Shown in pieces: positions 38,964-53,256 of a stretch of DNA of 64,000 bases. The stretch's first letter is position 1, and each line of letters begins with the position of its first letter. The position numbers and the translations under genes are program-made. The stretch comes from Ptychomitrium polyphyllum (lineage: Eukaryota), in assembly GCA_973851085.1 (NCBI GenBank), contig OZ316775.1, positions 16,430,001-16,494,000 of the forward strand. Direction: 5' to 3'. The notes beneath the pieces were generated by a model, which had not been told where the DNA came from, made no database searches, and saw only the letters and a list, made by a program, of their open reading frames with translations.

Positions 38964-39657
38964 CACGTGGGGAACTTCATCCAGCCAGTTAATACTCCCC
39001 TTCTTTTATGACTCCATCTTCACGTGGTCAATTATGCAGACACAATAATACTACTCACCATTTATTTGCTCCGAAATTCCAATACATATTCATATTCCTC
39101 GAATCCCACGAGTCATCTTTCTCCCATAATTATCATTCGATTTGCCAAACAGAGCTTAGTATGGGCCAAAACATAAAACAAAAATAAAATATTGGTGTGC
39201 AACTCAATTACCGTAATAGTACCGTAATGGAACCATCACTGGAGCATTATTGAACCATTCAATTAATACCGGCCATATGCTTCTTCGGCTCCCTCGATCG
39301 ACTTTAGTACGTCCAAGTGACAGCGTGGACTGATTCAATTAACTTTCTCAGTAGCGGTTGGTTGCTTCAAAGTGTTGCACATTGTAGCACTTGACGCGGC
39401 CGAGATGTGGAGATCACATTAGCAATGTGGCGATGAGATCAATATTACAGCAATGACCAAAATTATCTGGAGTTCGTTTTTCCAGGTCTTTGGGAAGTGT
39501 CAGTAAATCCAGCGGCAAGCGAAGAAAGGGGAATGGGTTCTTCATAGCACAAAGAAGGGGTCTGCTATTGGTGATATTTTTAGTGCCCTGAATCAAGGAC
39601 TAAAGGACTAGGTAACTGGACGATTGGTGCTCAGCAACATGAACTTCGCATCACGTG
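38964..39657. promoter_or_regulatory. Three G-box (CACGTG) motifs upstream of the filament-like protein transcript
   Basis: CACGTG at 38964, 39021 and 39652; two are followed by G (ABRE-like ACGTGG). Confidence 0.3.
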
Positions 39658-41075
39658 CAGCAAGTTGCGATCGATGGATGGCAGCCACAGCTTGCACAAG
39701 AGAATGGCAATCTGGATACATAGTGGGAGCATCTCATCTCATCTCATCACTCCGATCATGTTGATCAACTAACTATGGACGATCATTCGTCATGACCATC
39801 CGTAGGCTGCGGGTAACGCCCGCCTCACATCACGGCTCACATGTTGCCGGATGGCTACATTATTAGAATTACTGCTGCACAGCTCCAATGGCACCCATGA
39901 TACCCGGTCAAGTCAACAGTTTTGCAACGAGGAACAGCAACAGAGAGGAGGAGGGGAGCTTGGCGAAGGGAACGGAGACCATGTTCGGCGAATCGATGGT
40001 CGTCCTACTGTACGAACTTGAGGATGAAGTCGGATCCTAGGTCGGGAGCCAGATTCTCGTTCAGCTTTTAATTCAGGTTTGCTATCTACTCAGAACTGTG
40101 TTTCAGTTTTGTCTGGTGCTCTGGAAGTGTAGGCGGAGTAGGAGTGGAGTGCAGTAGGTCTGTTTGTAGCTCTTGACGTCGCTTGTTTGCAGTTGGTGGC
40201 TACTGCAGTACGATGCTCATCTGTCACCTTTTCCGGTGCAGGATTGTGATGAGTTTGGATTCGGGGAGGAGAATGTGAGTGCAAGTTCGTGTCTGAGCGG
40301 GAGAGGCAGGTTTAAATGGATCAAGAGATCTGGGAGCAATTGCGGGGGTTCGTGTATGAGGTTGAATCACATTCTAGGACTCTGTTGCGCTCCGTGACGG
40401 GGAATGCGATCTCTTCTTGCAAGCATGAGACACGGTCTTCTGCGAGGCGACACTTCAGGATACAATCTCATGAGGACGGTAGACTTCAGGTTTCGTCTCC
40501 AAGAACGCGCCATTCGTAGCTCAGATCTGAGGTGAATGCACTTCAACGTTATAAAACATCCATCTGGCCACTCAATGTTTGTATTTAATCCTATGAATAG
40601 TGTAATTTCAACAACAGTTCTTTGCCTTCCTCCTCGCGAAGCACATTCGTTCATTCAAACCAAGAGTCTGTAAAATGACTCAAAGATTTCCTCGATCGGT
40701 GCGTAGAGAGTCTCAAGAAAGATTCTGTTTCATTGTTTGTGAAGTAGGGCTCTGTTACTTGCCGTGAGTTCGTTGATAGGGTACTAATTGAAGCTGGCGA
40801 TGGGTTCGTAGCCAGAAAAGGGTTAGACCTCGATGCGCGCTGTGGAAAAGAATGCCAAAACCTTTGCAAATATTTTGTGGACAGTTTGCAAATTGGTCTG
40901 TTTCTCGATAAACAACTGCTTCACAAGGTTTTAGAGTATACTGCATTTGCCACACACAGTCATGATTTCCAGGCTCGGGGTGCTGATGCGATACAAAGCA
41001 GAGTTGCTGACGGGTCGTCACTTGGTTGCGCAGATTGTAGGGAAATTTAGGAGAATTGGTAGAGAGGGGGACCGT

Positions 41076-44000
41076 ATGATGGAGAGGGAGCTTGATAGAC
41101 GGCGCGCCTGGCCGTGGAAGAACCGGAAGACCATCGGCCTCAGTAGTGGCTCTGATGGCGGACCTTCGCCGGCGCCTGTCAAACTCTTTGACGAGCAGGT
41201 CTGCACTGGACCCATCTCTTACTTGCACCTCGAACTTTCTTAGAGTTCTGTAATGCATAAGAGTCACCATGTGCATTTAGTCCTTCAACGTTTTTTTTGG
41301 GACCCTATACCTTTGTCCTACGGCGTCCATTCTTACACGTGCTGTCGTACTAAGAAAGGTATTGTGAAAATTGAACTGGTTGGCAGGAAGTGGCGAGGAT
41401 ACTGCAAGACCAGGTCCGGATTGGAGATGAGCAAATGATGGAGGCGCTCAATGCGGCTGATGCCAAGCACGCAGAGAAAGAGAAGGCGTGGAGTGAGAAA
41501 TTTGCTGCCGTCAACGACAAGCTCAACGCCGCCCTTTCGGAGATCACTATCAAAGACAACCTTGTCAAGCAGCACATCAAAGTTGCTGAAGAGGCTGTTG
41601 TTGGTACACAATCCTCTATTTCAACCCCTTCCCTTCGCTATGACTTCTTCCCCTTTTCTTGAATGTTGAGCGTGAGGTTTAGTTCGAGTTCTGACTTGCT
41701 CAAGAATCTTGTGCAGGTTGGGAGAAGGCCGAGAGTGAGGCCGTGGAGTTCAAGGCGGAGCTTGAGAATGCTACGAAACTGCGACTAGAGACGGAGGACC
41801 GTGCCAGGCATTTGGATGGCGCACTGAAGGAGCTCATCCAGCAGCTGCGCGAGGGGCGTGAGGAGCACAACAAGCATTTACACGACACAATTGTGAAGAA
41901 AACGCGGGAGTTCGATAAACTGAGGCTGGAGATGGAGGCCAAACTGGCGGAAGTGTCGAAATCTTTGTCTGACAATCAAACTCAACTGATTGAATCGCAA
42001 GCTGAAAATGAAGCCCTTAACCATGCCCTCAAGGTGCAGCTCCTCTCGAGTTTATTTGCCGCTTCTTTTTTACCCTTCCTTTTGCTTTCGAATTTCTATA
42101 AATAGAAGCTCTTGATCTTTTAGCATTTGTAGCTGCTTCTGATATTGAATCATGACGATTTGCAGGATCGCTCGAGAATGATTGCAGAGCTTAACGATAT
42201 CAAGGCTCATGCTGAGACTGATAGCAAAATTCTTCGAGTAAGAGTTTGCCTCTCGCTTTGACAAGGTTTTCTGGTTTTCTCTCCTCTCCTTTTTCTTTTC
42301 TCTAGGTGTCGGTTTTAAGAAATGAGCAATGTTTGTGGGCTCAGGTGCGTCTTGAAGGGCTTGAGAAAGAGAATTTTGATCTCAAGTATAAGATTCACTC
42401 CGTCACAAAGGAGCTTGAAATCAGATCAGCAGAGCTAGAATATGGGAAGAAGACCTCGGATTTTCTTTCTCGTCACCACGCAGATAGTGTCAAGAAAATT
42501 GTCAAACTTGAGGATGAGTGCAACCGGCTCCGCATGATGGTCCGCAAGAAGCTCCCAAGTATGCTCTCATTTCCTACTAGTCACAGTAAACCTCATCACC
42601 TTTAGCACTTTTAGACAAAAATCTGACGGAAAACCAACTTAATTATTTTCCTATTTTACAGATACCGCTGCAATAGTTCGCATGAAGCAAGAGCTGGATG
42701 CTCTTGGAAAAGAATCAGGAACAGACTCCGGAAGGCCTCGCCGGCATCCTATGTACCGAAGCCAAAGTGGGGGAGTACCGATAGACTTCCTACCAGCTCA
42801 TGAATTTCAAGAGGACGTTCAAAGCCTCAAAGATGCTCTTGCCGAGCGAATTGCCAACATGGACGAGGAAACCCGAATGCTAAAAGAGGCTCTGGCCAAA
42901 CGGAATGACGAGTTACAAGCTGCCCGCCTCATGTGTGCCAAAACTGCAAGTCGGTTGACTGCTGTGGAAGATGAACTTGAAATTCTAAGAGCAGGTACAC
43001 TTCAAGCTCAAAGCATTCTGTTTGTAAAGTTTGAATTGACCTAAGCAAATCGAGTTTTAAGTATTAACACTTGACATATGGAATTTGCGAACAGCGTCTC
43101 CAGAGTTGGCACACATGAATGATGCATCATTCAGTGCGTGTTCAACATCATTAACGCCTATTTCTGAGACATCCAAAAGAGTTCTTTCAAGGAATGGCTC
43201 ACAGAAATTCAGTCTCATGAACGACTTCGCTGAAACGGAACGGTTGGTGCATTCTCGGTCTGAATCGACCGTGAATGGTCCCGACATCCCTGAATACCAG
43301 CTGCAAATTGCAGGGTTTGAAGACGCCCTGGCAGTAAAGAGGAGGGAACTTGAGGCCGCAAATCAGATGTGTGAGGATTTGAGTATGAAGCTCACAGTCG
43401 CTGAGAACCAATTCTCTGCTTTGCAAAGCAGGAATGCAGCAAACGAACAGTCTGTTATTACGCTACAAGACAGGTTGGACAAACTGCTGGAGAGTCATGA
43501 GAACATACCTGAGGCTGAAGAGCATATACCTGAAGCAGTTACAGTTCCCGAGGTATTTACATTATGGTCTCCGTATCCAGAAGTCAGTTTTTTGGAGTAC
43601 TATAACCTTACCTTGAATTGACCCTAGGGCATGGCTCTGGAAATTTTGGAAAGTCTTTGTTTTCAAATCTTATTTGAAACAATATGCTTTAAGACTAACT
43701 TAGGTCAGCCTTAAATGTGTCAAATCAGAGATCATTTCATGTCATGTGCAGAGTCTCATGCTTTACTTACACTTACCTCACGTGTGCAGATGAGTGTGCA
43801 GCTTCAATTGGAGCTGGTAGCAGCATTCGAAAGTGTGTTTCAAGCCACTAAAGCCCTTGCCCAAGCTTTACAATTTGACTCTTTCCCTGAAGCAGTGGAG
43901 GATGCCACTAGCAGTGGGCCAAGTTCAAAGTCTATTCATTGGAAAGACCCCGAATTGGAGAGTTCCATGAGCAGCCTAGCCTCGATTGCTAATAAGCTCC

Positions 44001-45578
44001 ACGAGGGTAAGGTTCATGCACGAAGCTTCATGTTGGAGCTCGTATCTACGCTTGATTGCATTACAGAGAGTTGCGGTGTTCTTACCGAAAGCCTGCAAAA
44101 AGATCGTGAAGCAATGAGCATTGGTCTAGAATCAGCTAAGGCGGAAGTATCTCAATTAGAAGCAGCGCTACGCAAACTTCATGAAGAGCGAGCTGGGGCG
44201 GAGATGCAAATGCAGGTTGAGCTGGACCGAGTTTCTGGCCTGAAGAGAGAGACAGAGCAATTACAGGCAGAAAAGGCAGAAATTGTTCACCACTTGTCAG
44301 AAGTGGAGGTTCAGGTTCGAGAAGCCAATGAAAGCATAGACGTGTTGAAGGAGCAGTTGAAAGAAGCTGAGATTGTGACTGCTGAGTTAAGGCTGCAGCA
44401 CGACCATCAAAAGCAGGAGGATGATCTAATTGAGGAAGAGTTGTTGGAGCTTTCGTCGTCCCATCCACACCTTCTCAAAACCATGCGTACTGCAGATGCT
44501 GAAATGAACGAACTTCATGCTAAGTTGGCAGCACTGGAGGTTGAGTTGCATGGGGAACGTCGCCGGCACCATGATGTTGTTGCAAAGCTTGAGGATCTGC
44601 AAGAACAGATTCACATGTACATATCATGAACAACCCAGTATTCCGTCATGATTGATCAAACTGTGAACTGGTAAAGTTGATTTTCAAGCAAAGATGATGT
44701 AGCAGTCTACTCCAAATTTTCATGAATGCATAAATCACTTACATAAATGTGTTTGAATGTCCACCCAGGGGCGTTAAACGAAATGCGGATTCAGGAAGCG
44801 TACAGAGTAGGGAGTTTTCATCACCATTCATGGGAGAGGATAAAGCAAGCAAAAGTGCTCGACAGGTACTTCTAAACCTTCACATATTAACGTATCAAAG
44901 CGTACATCAAGATCATTAATACCAGTGGCAGTGTCCTGAATCACGTTGCCGTTGGAAATAGACTGTTGTATTACATAGGCTTACCAACATTCTCAAGGGC
45001 TTTCTTCATGCAGAGATTTTGGTTCTAATTTCATGATGATTATTTTATAGGAGCGGGAGATCTCGGCAGCTGCATTAGCTGAATGCCAACGCACCATCTT
45101 AGCCCTAGGCAAGCAGCTAAAAATACTCGGCTTCTCAGAATCACGTGAACTAACCCTAAAAGGAGCGGACACCCCAGATTCCATCAAAAGAATGACAGAA
45201 ACAATGGAGCACCTCAGATGGCAAACAGAGTCGTCTGATCAAAACCCTCCTGAAAAATCTTCTGTTGTCACCGAGGGGGACTACGCAGATGGTCCTGTGT
45301 CTGTCCCTGCTTCGCCTGCACGCTCAGATGTGGAAGCACCCTCAACACCTGAATCCCTAGCAACAGTGAGAAGAACTGTGAGTGTCAGAACCGTGCGCCC
45401 GTTCCAGTTGGCCAAACCTCCACACCCGAATGGCGAGGTGATCACATCAAACTCTAATTCTAACCCCAATGAATGTTTGCAAGAAAAATCGGCTTCCGCT
45501 TACACGAGGTTCCATGCTCGGTCTCCGAGTGAAACAAGCGTCTCCTCTGGCCACTTCAATGGCAACTCAATGGTATAG
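41076..45578 (+). CDS. Filament-like plant protein (FPP/DUF869 coiled-coil); exons 41076-41198, 41387-41603, 41717-42033, 42166-42237, 42345-42558, 42662-42994, 43095-43552, 43790-44616, 44769-44865, 45051-45578
   Basis: DRRRAWPWK N-terminus, KDNLVKQHIKVAEEAVVGWEKAESEA, HLDGALKE, KKIVKLEDECNRLRMMVRKKLP, LMNDFAETERL, ISAAALAECQRTILALGKQLK; extensive coiled coil; consistent GT-AG sites. Confidence 0.9.
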
Positions 45579-45887
45579 ATCTGTACATTTTAGAGTAGTT
45601 TTAGAGTGCATCAATTGCTGGTTCTCTATATTCTCAGAGGTAGACTAACTGACATTAGGTATAAAGGTGACTCCACTCTTGGTGGGTGCTGCCAAAAATG
45701 TTAAATTTATTCCGCAATCGCCTGATGTCAATTTAAATGGACACCTTGTATATTGTAACGATTGGAACGAACTTACTCATGTTATGTTAGGATTGTCACA
45801 GCGAGGCAATCATTACTATATAAAGAATTTCTTACTTGATGTTAGAATCAGTGGAACATGAGATTATTTTTTTGCTGTGGAATCGAA

Positions 45888-46001
45888 TATTAAATTTTGA
45901 AGACGGTTTGCTTGCCTTCTCTGCGAGCATCTGGTGTAGTAGTGTATTAAATTTTGAAGACGGTTTGCTTGCCTTCTCTGCGAGCATCTGGTGTAGTAGT
46001 G
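45888..46001. repeat. Exact 57-bp tandem duplication downstream of the FPP stop
   Basis: TATTAAATTTTGAAGACGGTTTGCTTGCCTTCTCTGCGAGCATCTGGTGTAGTAGTG x2. Confidence 0.95.
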
Positions 46002-47124
46002 ACTGGTTTGTAGCCATGTTTGAGTCGGCAGAGGTAATGCTTTTACAATATAGCCACAAAGGTTGGCAGAAGTTGGATGTGAATGTTAAGTATTCGTTTG
46101 GAACAGTGTTCATTAAAAGAAATTGTTGCATTAAAGTGTTCATTAAAAGGAGTGTTGACTGGGACTGATAGGAGAAGTGAGGACAACTTCATAGGTTCTA
46201 ATTATCCAGGATTTCACTTGGGCTGATGATTAAAATTCCCAGGTTGCATCTAGTATGTTAATGGGATCATTGCATCTAGCTTCTTTTCCCTCATGATTTC
46301 AGTTCCATGAACACTGCCAATCGTATTACCCAGGATGGGTAACACTCCCAGTTGACCTTGAGACGTTATGATTAGGTGATATCGAAAACAAACATATCAG
46401 CCACAGCTAAAGGCCACAGTTGTATCATCGAGACATTCGAAGTGGAACAATTTACACAAAATTATTGGGGTAAGAGAATTTGCAATGAATCTGGTGACAG
46501 GTTTTCGCTCATACATGAAGCAAGAGTTCAACGTGTAGAACTTCAACACAAGTGACTAAAACCTGCCGTCGTTTAGCAGGTACATTGCCACCATGTTCAA
46601 ATCACTCTCTTCGGTTGTCCGGAGTATCGCTCCAATTTCTAGTCACATATGAAATTGCCATTTCAATTCCAACAGTATACACAGAAATATGGGTCTATAG
46701 TCTACATACCAACATCAAATGGATTATCATGAACACACGGCAGGAACAATACTTGGTTGCTCAAGAAAGTTTCTTCTCATATCCCATAATACTGACCAAG
46801 ATCTCTTGGGCCTTTCCCGCAAAGTCAAGATACCTGGTGGATTAGCGCAAAAGATAAACTCGGAGGATAATTGGCAACTTTGGGTTGGGGAATATTATCA
46901 TATCTGAAGTTCTAATTGAAAATGGCTACGGTAATATATTGCTTTGAATGACTGACCAATAGGCAGTACGAAAGACTACAGTAGAAAGCAGAGTTATTCA
47001 TCAGAATGATGGAAGTTCAATGCCACATGAACTCCACGCAGGATTTTTCTTGAGGACCATACCTGCCTTCATTGAGCCACTTATGCTCCTCAAAAACTTG
47101 AAACTGATTTGAATCCATCAACCA

Positions 47125-50122
47125 TTAGCCACTCTCAAACCTTCATTCTCCTTGGCTGCTCGCTCCAATATCCGGCGTTCAAGCTCCGGTCTGAAATGTC
47201 GGATTAAACCTTGCACAGGCCATGCAGCAGCATCTCCCAATGCACAGATAGTGTGACCCTCGATCTGCTTGGTAATTTCCTGTGTTAAACATTAACGAGA
47301 ACCATAAAGTATTCCATTAGGATAATACTTCAGACACAGAAACTTAAACATTCAACTGGACTCAGACTGTGTAGAGCTTGCATAACCAACTGCTTGCGCT
47401 CACTTAAACACAGAAGATTAATCCTGTTTACACTGGGTATAAAAGTTAAAGCCTGTGGGCCTCCTTGACCCCTGAGAGACTCAGCCTGCTATACTACAAA
47501 ATTCGAACTCGTCGCCTACGGACTTAGAAATCCAAAATATATCCACCTATATTGCCTGAGTCTTCAATGAGAGCTGGAAATTTTACGTTGTCAATCCTGA
47601 AGTCAGAACATTACGATTCAAGTTATCTACATACTAAAAATATAGAAAGTTCTAGTCGTTTTCTCCTTAAACCCAAAGAAGTCCTTTTCAAGAACACAGA
47701 AGGCATACCTGCAACATGTCGATTTCTTCCAGCTTTGCATTTCCAACCTTCAATCTCTCCATCATAGTCCACAACCAGGGAGAGCCCTCTCGGCATGGTG
47801 TGCACTGTCCACAACTCTCATGTTTGTAGAAGTAGGATAGACGTGCAATAGCATCCACAACATCTGTCGACTTGTCCATCACAATCACAGCAGCAGTGCC
47901 AAGTCCTGCGTTTCAATCACAAATAACAGGAGGTTAATCAAATTCTAACAGGTTAATCAGGAGGATTGTTAGTATATCAAGATGCATGTCAAACAAAATT
48001 CAGAAATAAAACAGACCATTGCCAGTTTCATGAATAGTAATAACAACATGCGTGCAATCCTCTTGCAATAGATTTCTTTCAGTCTTCTCACACTTGCCAA
48101 ACTGGGCAGTTAATACAAAGGATCAAATAATCAGATATATGCACAATCTCCCAGCGATCTAATATAATCTCCCAGAAGTTATTCTAATGAGCACTCCGAA
48201 CTGCAATCCCCGTTTTGCCGAGCGAAAACCAAATAGCATACATGTTCGTCATATCAACAAATGATGCATTTTCATCGGGTGAAATACAGAATGTTACCAT
48301 TACACAAAAAAATTCCAAGAGGGAACTGACCTGATTGGACAGCCTTCAAGGCGTCAAAATCCATGATCACATCATCACAGATACTCTTTGGAAGAAGAGG
48401 AACGGACGATCCTCCTGGGATGACAGCCAAAAGATTGTCCCATCCTCCTCTAACTCCACCGCAATGTCGCTCAATGAGCTCCTTCAAAGGAATACTCATC
48501 TCCTCTTCCACTGTGCACGGCTTGTTCACATGCCCTGAGACACAAAACAGCTTCGTCCCTGAGTTGTTTTTCCTCCCAAAGCTTGAAAACCATTCAGGTC
48601 CCCTTCGTAAAATTGTCGGAGATACAGCTACGGTCTCAACATTGGTCACAGTAGTTGGGCAACCGTAAAGCCCAGCGTTTGCAGGAAATGGTGGTTTTAG
48701 TCGTGGCTTGCCCTGCTTTCCCTCAAGACTCTCCAGTAGCGCAGTCTCTTCTCCACAGATATATGCACCGGCTCCATAATGAATATATACATCAAAATCG
48801 TACCCAGAACCGCACGCATTCTTTCCAAGTAAACCTGAAAACAATTCGGATGCGTCAGGAGCAGATTAGAAGCATCGTGCAGTAGAAAAACCTTGCTCAA
48901 GAGTCCTCGCAAAGACGATACAAACAGAAACTCTTCCAAAAGTTGGATCAGGCGTGATATTCCTTTCCTCATCCCCAGCTCTGTCCCGTAAAAAAATCCC
49001 ACCGATCTCTTTGACTGAGAACTGCTAATGGACGCTAACAGCTGAATCCACCATGACCCAACAATGTCACTCAAAAAAAACCTAATCAAGCTTCAATCCC
49101 TTGAGAAAGTCACTTTCTCTCTTGGACGCATGCCAAAGCATAATCAAGCTACAATGCAGTCCCCATAGGAAAAACACCAAACCCCAAAGTTTACCGTTTC
49201 AGAAATAAGTGTTTAACTTCAACGAGTTTTTAAACTCCGATTACCTGCCTTCAGATTCTAAACCCTATCTCCTATACACCAGAACAATCGCCTCTCAACC
49301 CCATCGAACCCCAATTCATCCTCACCCCATTGCTGCAAAAATGCTGCAAACCCTAAACTTAACCCTGGAACATTCAACATATGAGCCTCTTGCGCTCCTC
49401 ACATTACGCTCCCACCTAAAGCACCTCAATTATCAAATTTCAAATCTCTTCCAGCTTACTGCGACCCATAAGAAACGGGAAAATGGCGCTAATTCTTCAA
49501 AAGACAAGATCAAATCAGAATTACCTTCTTTATAACATTCTTTAAGCGCCCTCTCCAAATTCAACCGCTCATTCACATACTCCCCGCGAACGTAAATATA
49601 AGCTGCTCGAGCACGCATCCCCACTCCCGCAATCAGACAACCCTCGAGCAGCTTATGCGGGTCGTGCCTCATGATCTCCCTGTCCTTACACGTCCCAGGC
49701 TCACTCTCATCGGCATTCACCACCAGGTACGACGGCCTCCCATCGGAGACCTTCGGCATGAACGACCACTTCAACCCGGACGGAAACCCTGCCCCGCCCC
49801 GCCCCCGCAACCCCGACTTCTTCATCTCATTTACAATCCAATCCGTGCCCTTGAGCACTAAATCCTTGGTCCTATACCAATCTCCCCGCTTCTTCGCGCC
49901 CGCGAGGTAGGGATCGTGCAACCCGTACACATTGGTGAAGATCCTGTCCTCGTCCTTCAAACCCCCGAACACGGTCTTCTCCGTTGGCGGCGGTGGAGGT
50001 GGCGCCGGTGGTGCCGTCGCCTTGTCCCCCGACGTCGCCTTGTCACTCATCACGCGACTCCATGCCGGACTCGCCCGCAACGACGCCACCGCCTTGCGGC
50101 TCAACCCCCGCGCCGCTGCCAT
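47125..50122 (-). CDS. NDUFV1: Mitochondrial complex I 51-kDa flavoprotein subunit; exons 50122-49525, 48834-48331, 47905-47709, 47279-47125
   Basis: Arg/Ala/Ser-rich presequence; [78 protein letters not shown]. Confidence 0.97.
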
Positions 50123-50306
50123 GGTCGCTGCGACTGAACAGTTGTCTCTTCTCCCACACTAGCAAAACAGGAAACCACGGAGGTCCAACAACACTGTGCG
50201 AGTGCGGCGACGAAGGCGACGATGGTTGTTTACCAGAACCTGTCACGGCACCAAATACCGGAAATATCACCTCCTTAAGTTCATTTCACAGCATCAATCT
50301 ATGGAC

Positions 50307-50682
50307 GAGTGGAGTGTCGCGTTTGTGTATGTGTCAGAGTAAGGCGACGAAGGAAACTACGGTCGTCTGGGATATGGACTAAGACCACTACGGCTGGAAA
50401 TATCTATGCATGTGGTACATTCGTACAGACGAATTCAATGATTTAGTGCAGTGTCGCTTTTGTGTGCATCTGTGAGGTGACGAAGGAGACGGTGGCCAGT
50501 CTAAACACCGTCACTTTTGTGTGTTGCGTCGGAGTTCTGTGACGTAAAAGAGACAACCGTTGTATGGGATGTGCGAAAAACCGTTACTCCGTCCTGTATA
50601 TGGTTGTATCTACAAATCGCGTACCTTTAATTCTGAGAATGAATGGTATCGAGTTTGAGTGGAGTGTCGCTTTTTGTGTATG
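50307..50682. repeat. Four diverged copies of a GAGTG(G/C)AGTGTCGCTTTTGTGT... motif upstream of NDUFV1
   Basis: Copies at about 50307, 50445, 50510 and 50657; the first three continue into GACGAAGGARAC-like sequence. Confidence 0.6.
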
Positions 50683-53256
50683 CTTCGGGCTCTTGGAGAG
50701 AAGCTGGGGCTCAGTTGCTGAGCACTGAATGACCTGCCGATCTAACAAAACTGATGGTTGATTAACCCTTTAAAGGGGTCAGGTGGCCACTATGACTAGA
50801 TTTGTTCTATTCGCTCTATCTGAATCTGAAGATTGTAGTATCTTCTCAAGGCATGCAAAATAATGGTGAAATTGGAGCATTACAAATCCATAGCTAGCTC
50901 ACACTCTTAAATCAGAGTCATAATGCATCTGTCATGAACGAAAATCACTAAAACCATGCTACAGTTTGAGTTTGTACAAACTTGCAAACTCAACAGTCTT
51001 TTGGACCATGCAGCACTTGCATGTCATGGCGATCAGCTTCTCTTTGGTGAAAGTGTTGTCCCTGTAGTGGCTGGAGGGCTTGGATGCAGGCAGGAGAGAG
51101 TTAGCAGGGAGAAGGGGCAAAAGCTATGCATGTGTGGAATTTTGTTTCAAAATTACAAGTGGCGAGCATGTTGTGCAACACAGTCATTTTGCAAAGGGTG
51201 GATAATCCTATCTTAGGCAAGCGACACTGGTTTTTGTTGTGCCTCTTATGTTTTTGATATGGGGCTTTTGAGGTCATTTCTTAATATGGAATTTGGAGAG
51301 CACAATGTTTTTGTTCATTGAGGTGAGTGTTGAAAGAAATAACATGACAAATGGGCCATACTATAAGGGTAGGGATGTTCTATCACTATCTTATCACATA
51401 TTTGTATTTGACCAAGTCAAAGTAAAGGTGGTAGTATTTAGCATACAAAGTGTGTTATTGATTTGTTGAATGTCAATCCAATTAGTATGCAACAAATGTT
51501 ATATTGTACCTAAAGTAGAGTGAAGGTACTTAGAATGCTGGAAGTATTTGGTAGAAATATTCAAAGTATTGGAATAAAGTTTTTAAGCTTGAACATACAA
51601 AAAAATTCCCATCATGTTCAAAAGCAGACAAAATAATAGGAAATATTGGCTACTCTAATGAATAATGTTAAAATTTTACAATGATTTGCCAATAAGCCAA
51701 CTTTCATCAAATTCTATATATATAAATAAAGATGCAAAATTAGGTGGATGTGCATGAATGCATATAGTTACAATTTTTGAAGAATTTAGCAATTTCCAAA
51801 AAATCTTTACAATCTTTGCAATTTGAATTTTTTCAAAGATTCTTGCAATATTTTTTAACTTTCATTTCTTAAAATTGTCAATATTATATATAATTTGTAA
51901 TTAATTTGATTGCATTGATGTTTTTGAAATATTACATTAATTATTTTTGTTTCTACTATGTTGTAAGCATGGAAGTATGGTTTGCTAATTTTAATAAAAA
52001 GTCAAAAAACTTCCATAAGAGAATTGAAATTCTTACCATTGGTTTGTCATTAGAAACTTTTCTCTAGCGCATAGTTGTAAAGCAATGAAAAACTATTGGT
52101 GCTTGCATTATAATATTATCATCACAAAAGCATGTATTTTCTCCTAGCTTGTTGTACTTCCAAACCATCAATTACAAAATTTTCGCATTTGAACTTTTTA
52201 AATTCTTTATGAATTTCAAATATTTTAGGAAACTCATCAATATGGCTTAATTTTGCAATAAAGGAAAGAATTTTTTATTTAATTACTATATTATTACTAT
52301 AATACATAAATACAACTTGCAAGCTATGAAGTCCAGTCTTTTTAAGACACTTTTTTAAATAATTCAAATCACAAATATAATTCAAATTCATAAATTAAGT
52401 CGTTTTTTGTCTAAAATTTATATTTATTTTACACTTTTTTAATATGTTATAAGAGGTATCTTGATATGTGCTTAAAATAATTCCTTAAATTATATCATAA
52501 TTTTTTTTAAATTAAAAATTTATAAAATAAATTTTTTACAAATTGCTGCTACTGTTGATAATTACAAAATTAATTTTAGTTATTATAGATAATATTAGAA
52601 GTAGATTGCAAGGCATGAATTAAATATCAATCATGAGGATTGGATATTATTTGACATTATTAAAGGTCAAGATTTTAATAGAAATCTTCTTTATTACTAC
52701 ATTAAAACCTTAGCTACTACTATATTTTATTGTACTTCCATATAGACTTTTTTGAATTTAATTTTTACAAAGCTTTAGTGTTATCAAAACAATTATTGAA
52801 TGTATTGATCACACTATATTATTATACATTGTTAATTTATGTCAATTATATAATTTTTTTACTTGGTGGTATATTAATATATTTTATTATTATGATGTTT
52901 TATTGGAAGTTGTTATAAAAAGTTATGTTTTGAAAAATGATTTATTCATTTGAAGATCTTTGAATCATTTTTATATTTTAAAATATAATTTAAAAGAATT
53001 TTTGTTCTTAAAATACCATAATGTTTTTTAAACCATCTTTGAAAAGAGGTTTTAAAAGTATTTTAAAAAGTGTTTTAATCAATATTTTTTTTTTGATAGT
53101 ATATGGCTAATGAAACTTTGGTAGTTTTTACAATCTAATTATTAATAATGGGACGTGCCATGCCTATTACTTTGAAATTTTTCTTTTTATCTTTCTATAT
53201 TTTTTATGAAACAATTGGAACTAGCACATGATTTTTTAATGCTGGAAGGATGAATT

